Source of the DNA: Salinivirgaceae bacterium
GTDB taxonomy: Bacteria > Bacteroidota > Bacteroidia > Bacteroidales > SZUA-534
Assembly: GCA_016284875.1 (NCBI GenBank)
Contig: JAEEPS010000006.1
Location: forward strand, 5,383 to 69,382
DNA length: 64,000 nt
Reading direction: 5' to 3'
The position numbers and the translations under genes are program-made. The notes under the pieces are model-generated. The model did not search any database, was not told the origin of the DNA, and saw only the letters and a program-made list of their open reading frames with translations. This document shows positions 62,237 to 64,000 of the stretch, piece after piece (positions within the stretch are counted from its first letter, which is position 1; each line of letters starts with the position of its first letter).

Positions 62237-63244
62237 ATGAAGATAGCCGTTGTTGGTGCCAGCGGTGCCGTTGGCCAGGAATTTTTGAAGATTTTGAACG
62301 AGCGAAATCTTCCGATTGACGAGTTAGTGCTGTTCGGGTCGGCCCGCAGCGCTGGAACTTCTTACGAATTCAAGGGTAAGAAAATTGTAGTTAAAGAGTT
62401 GAAACACAACGATGATTTCAAAGATATCGACATTGCTTTGACATCGGCGGGCGCCAGCACTTCGAAGGAATACGAGAAGACCATTACAAAATATGGCTGC
62501 ATTATGATTGACAACTCGAGCGCGTTCCGTATGGACACCGACGTGCCTTTGGTTGTGCCCGAAGTGAACCCCGAAGATGCGCTGAACGCACCGCGCAACG
62601 TGATTGCCAACCCGAACTGCACAACCATCATTATGGTGGTGGTTATGAAGGCTTTAGAGCAGTTGTCGCACATCAAGCGCGTGCACGTGGCAAGTTATCA
62701 GAGCGCAAGTGGCGCTGGCGCGATGGGTATGGCTGAACTCGACCAACAGATTAAGGATTATGCTGCAGGCAAAGAACTGACAGTCAATAAATTCTCATCG
62801 CAGTTGCTTTACAACGTCATTCCGCACATCGATGTCTTCACCGACAACGATTACACCAAGGAAGAGATGAAAATGTACAACGAGACCAAGAAGATAATGC
62901 ACTCAGACATTGCCGTGAGCGCCACCTGCGTGCGCGTTCCCGTGATGCGTGCCCACTCTGAAGCCGTTTGGTGCGAGACCGAAAAGCCAGTTTCGCCTGC
63001 CGATTTCCGTGCCGCTTGCGCGAAAGCCGCTGGTGTGACGGTTGTCGACAACCCAGCCAACAAAGAGTACCCAATGCCGCTCTTCGTTGCAGGTCAGGAC
63101 AATGTGTCGGTAGGCCGCATCCGTACCGACATTGCCAATCCCAACGGCATCACCTTCTGGTGCGTTGGCGACCAAATCCGCAAGGGCGCCGCTTTGAATG
63201 CCGTGCAGATTGCTGAATATCTGATTTCGAAGAAGTTTAAATAA
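62237..63244 (+). CDS. asd: Aspartate-semialdehyde dehydrogenase
   Basis: 335 aa with [16 protein letters not shown], the active-site NPNCTTI and SYQSASGAG. Confidence 0.92.
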   Translation: MKIAVVGASGAVGQEFLKILNERNLPIDELVLFGSARSAGTSYEFKGKKIVVKELKHNDDFKDIDIALTSAGASTSKEYEKTITKYGCIMIDNSSAFRMDTDVPLVVPEVNPEDALNAPRNVIANPNCTTIIMVVVMKALEQLSHIKRVHVASYQSASGAGAMGMAELDQQIKDYAAGKELTVNKFSSQLLYNVIPHIDVFTDNDYTKEEMKMYNETKKIMHSDIAVSATCVRVPVMRAHSEAVWCETEKPVSPADFRAACAKAAGVTVVDNPANKEYPMPLFVAGQDNVSVGRIRTDIANPNGITFWCVGDQIRKGAALNAVQIAEYLISKKFK

Positions 63245-63288
63245 GATTGAAGGTACAAGTTACAAAGTATAAGTAACAAGTATCAGCC

Positions 63289-63324
63289 AAAAACCGCCGC
63301 AGCCAATGGTTGCGGCGGTTTTTT
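63289..63324 (+). terminator. Intrinsic terminator after asd
   Basis: 12-bp stem AAAACCGCCGCA/TGCGGCGGTTTT with a T-run. Confidence 0.9.
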
Positions 63325-63398
63325 GTTTGCTATGAGAAAATCGTTCCGAAAAACAATATTTTATCTGTTGCCGTCTAACTCTCATTTTGCAAAAAACA

Positions 63399-63406
63399 TA
63401 TATTTG
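63399..63406 (+). promoter_or_regulatory. Candidate -7 box (TAtaTTTG)
   Basis: Exact match 30 nt upstream of the ATG at 63436. Confidence 0.5.
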
Positions 63407-63435
63407 CAATACATCAAATTTAAAAATTGACATCT

Positions 63436-64000
63436 ATGGGACTTTGGGATAAGATTACTGGCGAGTTTATAGACATCGTCGAATGGATTGAAGATGGCCA
63501 AAAAGCGGAACTTGTTCACCGCTTCGAACGCTATGATAATGAGATAAAAAACGGAGCCAAACTCACCGTGCGCGAGTCGCAGATTGCGGTTTTCATCAAC
63601 GAGGGCAAACTGGCCGACATATTCACGCCGGGAATGTACACGCTGACAACCGAGAACCTGCCGATTCTCTCGACACTGAAAGGTTGGAAATACGGCTTCC
63701 ACAGCCCGTTCAAGGCCGAAGTGTACTTTGTCAGCACAAAGCAGTTCACCAACCTGCCTTGGGGCACGGCTACACCTATTATAGTAGAGGACCCGCAACT
63801 TGGCCCGATGCGAATCGGGGCTCGCGGTAACTTCTCAATTCAGGTGAACGATGTCTCGAAATTCATTCTTGGCATTGTTGGTACCGATGGCAGTTTCACC
63901 GCCGACAAAATCAGCGACCAACTTCGCGCGATTGCTGTTACGCGTTTCAGCGACATGCTTGGCGAATGCGGACTGTCGTTTGCAAAACTGTCATCGCAGC
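63436..64000 (+). CDS. SPFH-domain protein of the B. subtilis YdjI / COG4260 type, 3' end outside window
   Basis: It is absent from the supplied ORF track because no stop is reached. My translation reads MGLWDKITGEFIDIVEWIEDGQKAELVHRFERYDNEIKNGAKLTVRESQIAVFINEGKLADIF..., which matches the remembered N-terminus of this family. The frame is open to the window end. Confidence 0.75.
   Translation, partial: MGLWDKITGEFIDIVEWIEDGQKAELVHRFERYDNEIKNGAKLTVRESQIAVFINEGKLADIFTPGMYTLTTENLPILSTLKGWKYGFHSPFKAEVYFVSTKQFTNLPWGTATPIIVEDPQLGPMRIGARGNFSIQVNDVSKFILGIVGTDGSFTADKISDQLRAIAVTRFSDMLGECGLSFAKLSSQ

Noticed and set aside
63382-63798. 138-aa minus-strand ORF listed in the track
   Set aside because: The plus strand carries an open frame from the ATG at 63436 to the window end. 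That frame has an SPFH/YdjI-type N-terminus and a -7 box 30 nt upstream. The minus-strand ORF is its shadow.
1-64000. Mobile elements, integrases, transposases, toxin-antitoxin pairs, restriction-modification, CBASS/retron/Gabija-type defence operons, rRNA
   Set aside because: I read all listed ORFs of 60 aa or more on both strands. None shows DDE/serine/tyrosine recombinase, reverse transcriptase, cyclase or methyltransferase-plus-endonuclease pair signatures. I noticed no terminal inverted repeats or long duplicated segments.

Overview
This 64-kb chromosomal window appears to come from a Bacteroidota (Bacteroidales-like) genome. Genes lack Shine-Dalgarno sequences, and many starts sit 12-40 nt downstream of the phylum-typical TAnnTTTG -7 box. 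Content includes a type-B T9SS cargo protein and proteins I recognise from memory as DUF4294/DUF5606/DUF5715-like. I call about 55 protein genes, 2 tRNAs (His-GUG, Gly-CCC) and about 14 clear intrinsic terminators.

nt 1-11084 is the 3' part of a capsule/O-antigen-type locus (Wzx flippase, GT2, pyruvyl transferase plus FrhB-like Fe-S protein). It ends in a teichoic-acid-like block: a HisC/CobD-type PLP enzyme, a TagD cytidylyltransferase fused to a degenerate Gfo/Idh/MocA domain, LicD, an IspD/TarI-like cytidylyltransferase plus SDR (an unfused Bcs1-like pair) and a TagF-like phosphotransferase. A YfhO gene converges on this block.

The rest is mostly housekeeping (add, tsaB, serB, menG/ubiE, mazG, phoH, purC, tgt, lptF/G-like, recJ, tilS, asd) with these accessory items:
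- a low-GC PD-(D/E)XK/DUF4268-like gene;
- a Cache-HAMP-GAF-PAS sensor with no output domain;
- a 1134-aa protein with three Ig-like/lamin-tail modules and a type-B T9SS C-terminal domain, co-transcribed with a second Wzx flippase;
- a 367-bp intergenic region packed with ATGCAA/TTGCAT palindromes;
- a candidate sRNA or long 3' UTR;
- a recurrent class of C-depleted stutter sequences placed right after stop codons.

I saw no CRISPR array, transposase, integrase, prophage or canonical defence system. I cannot point to one unambiguous novel system; the strongest candidates are ranked in the findings. All family calls are motif recognition by eye, not database searches. Start codons were chosen from signal peptides, gene overlaps and -7 boxes.
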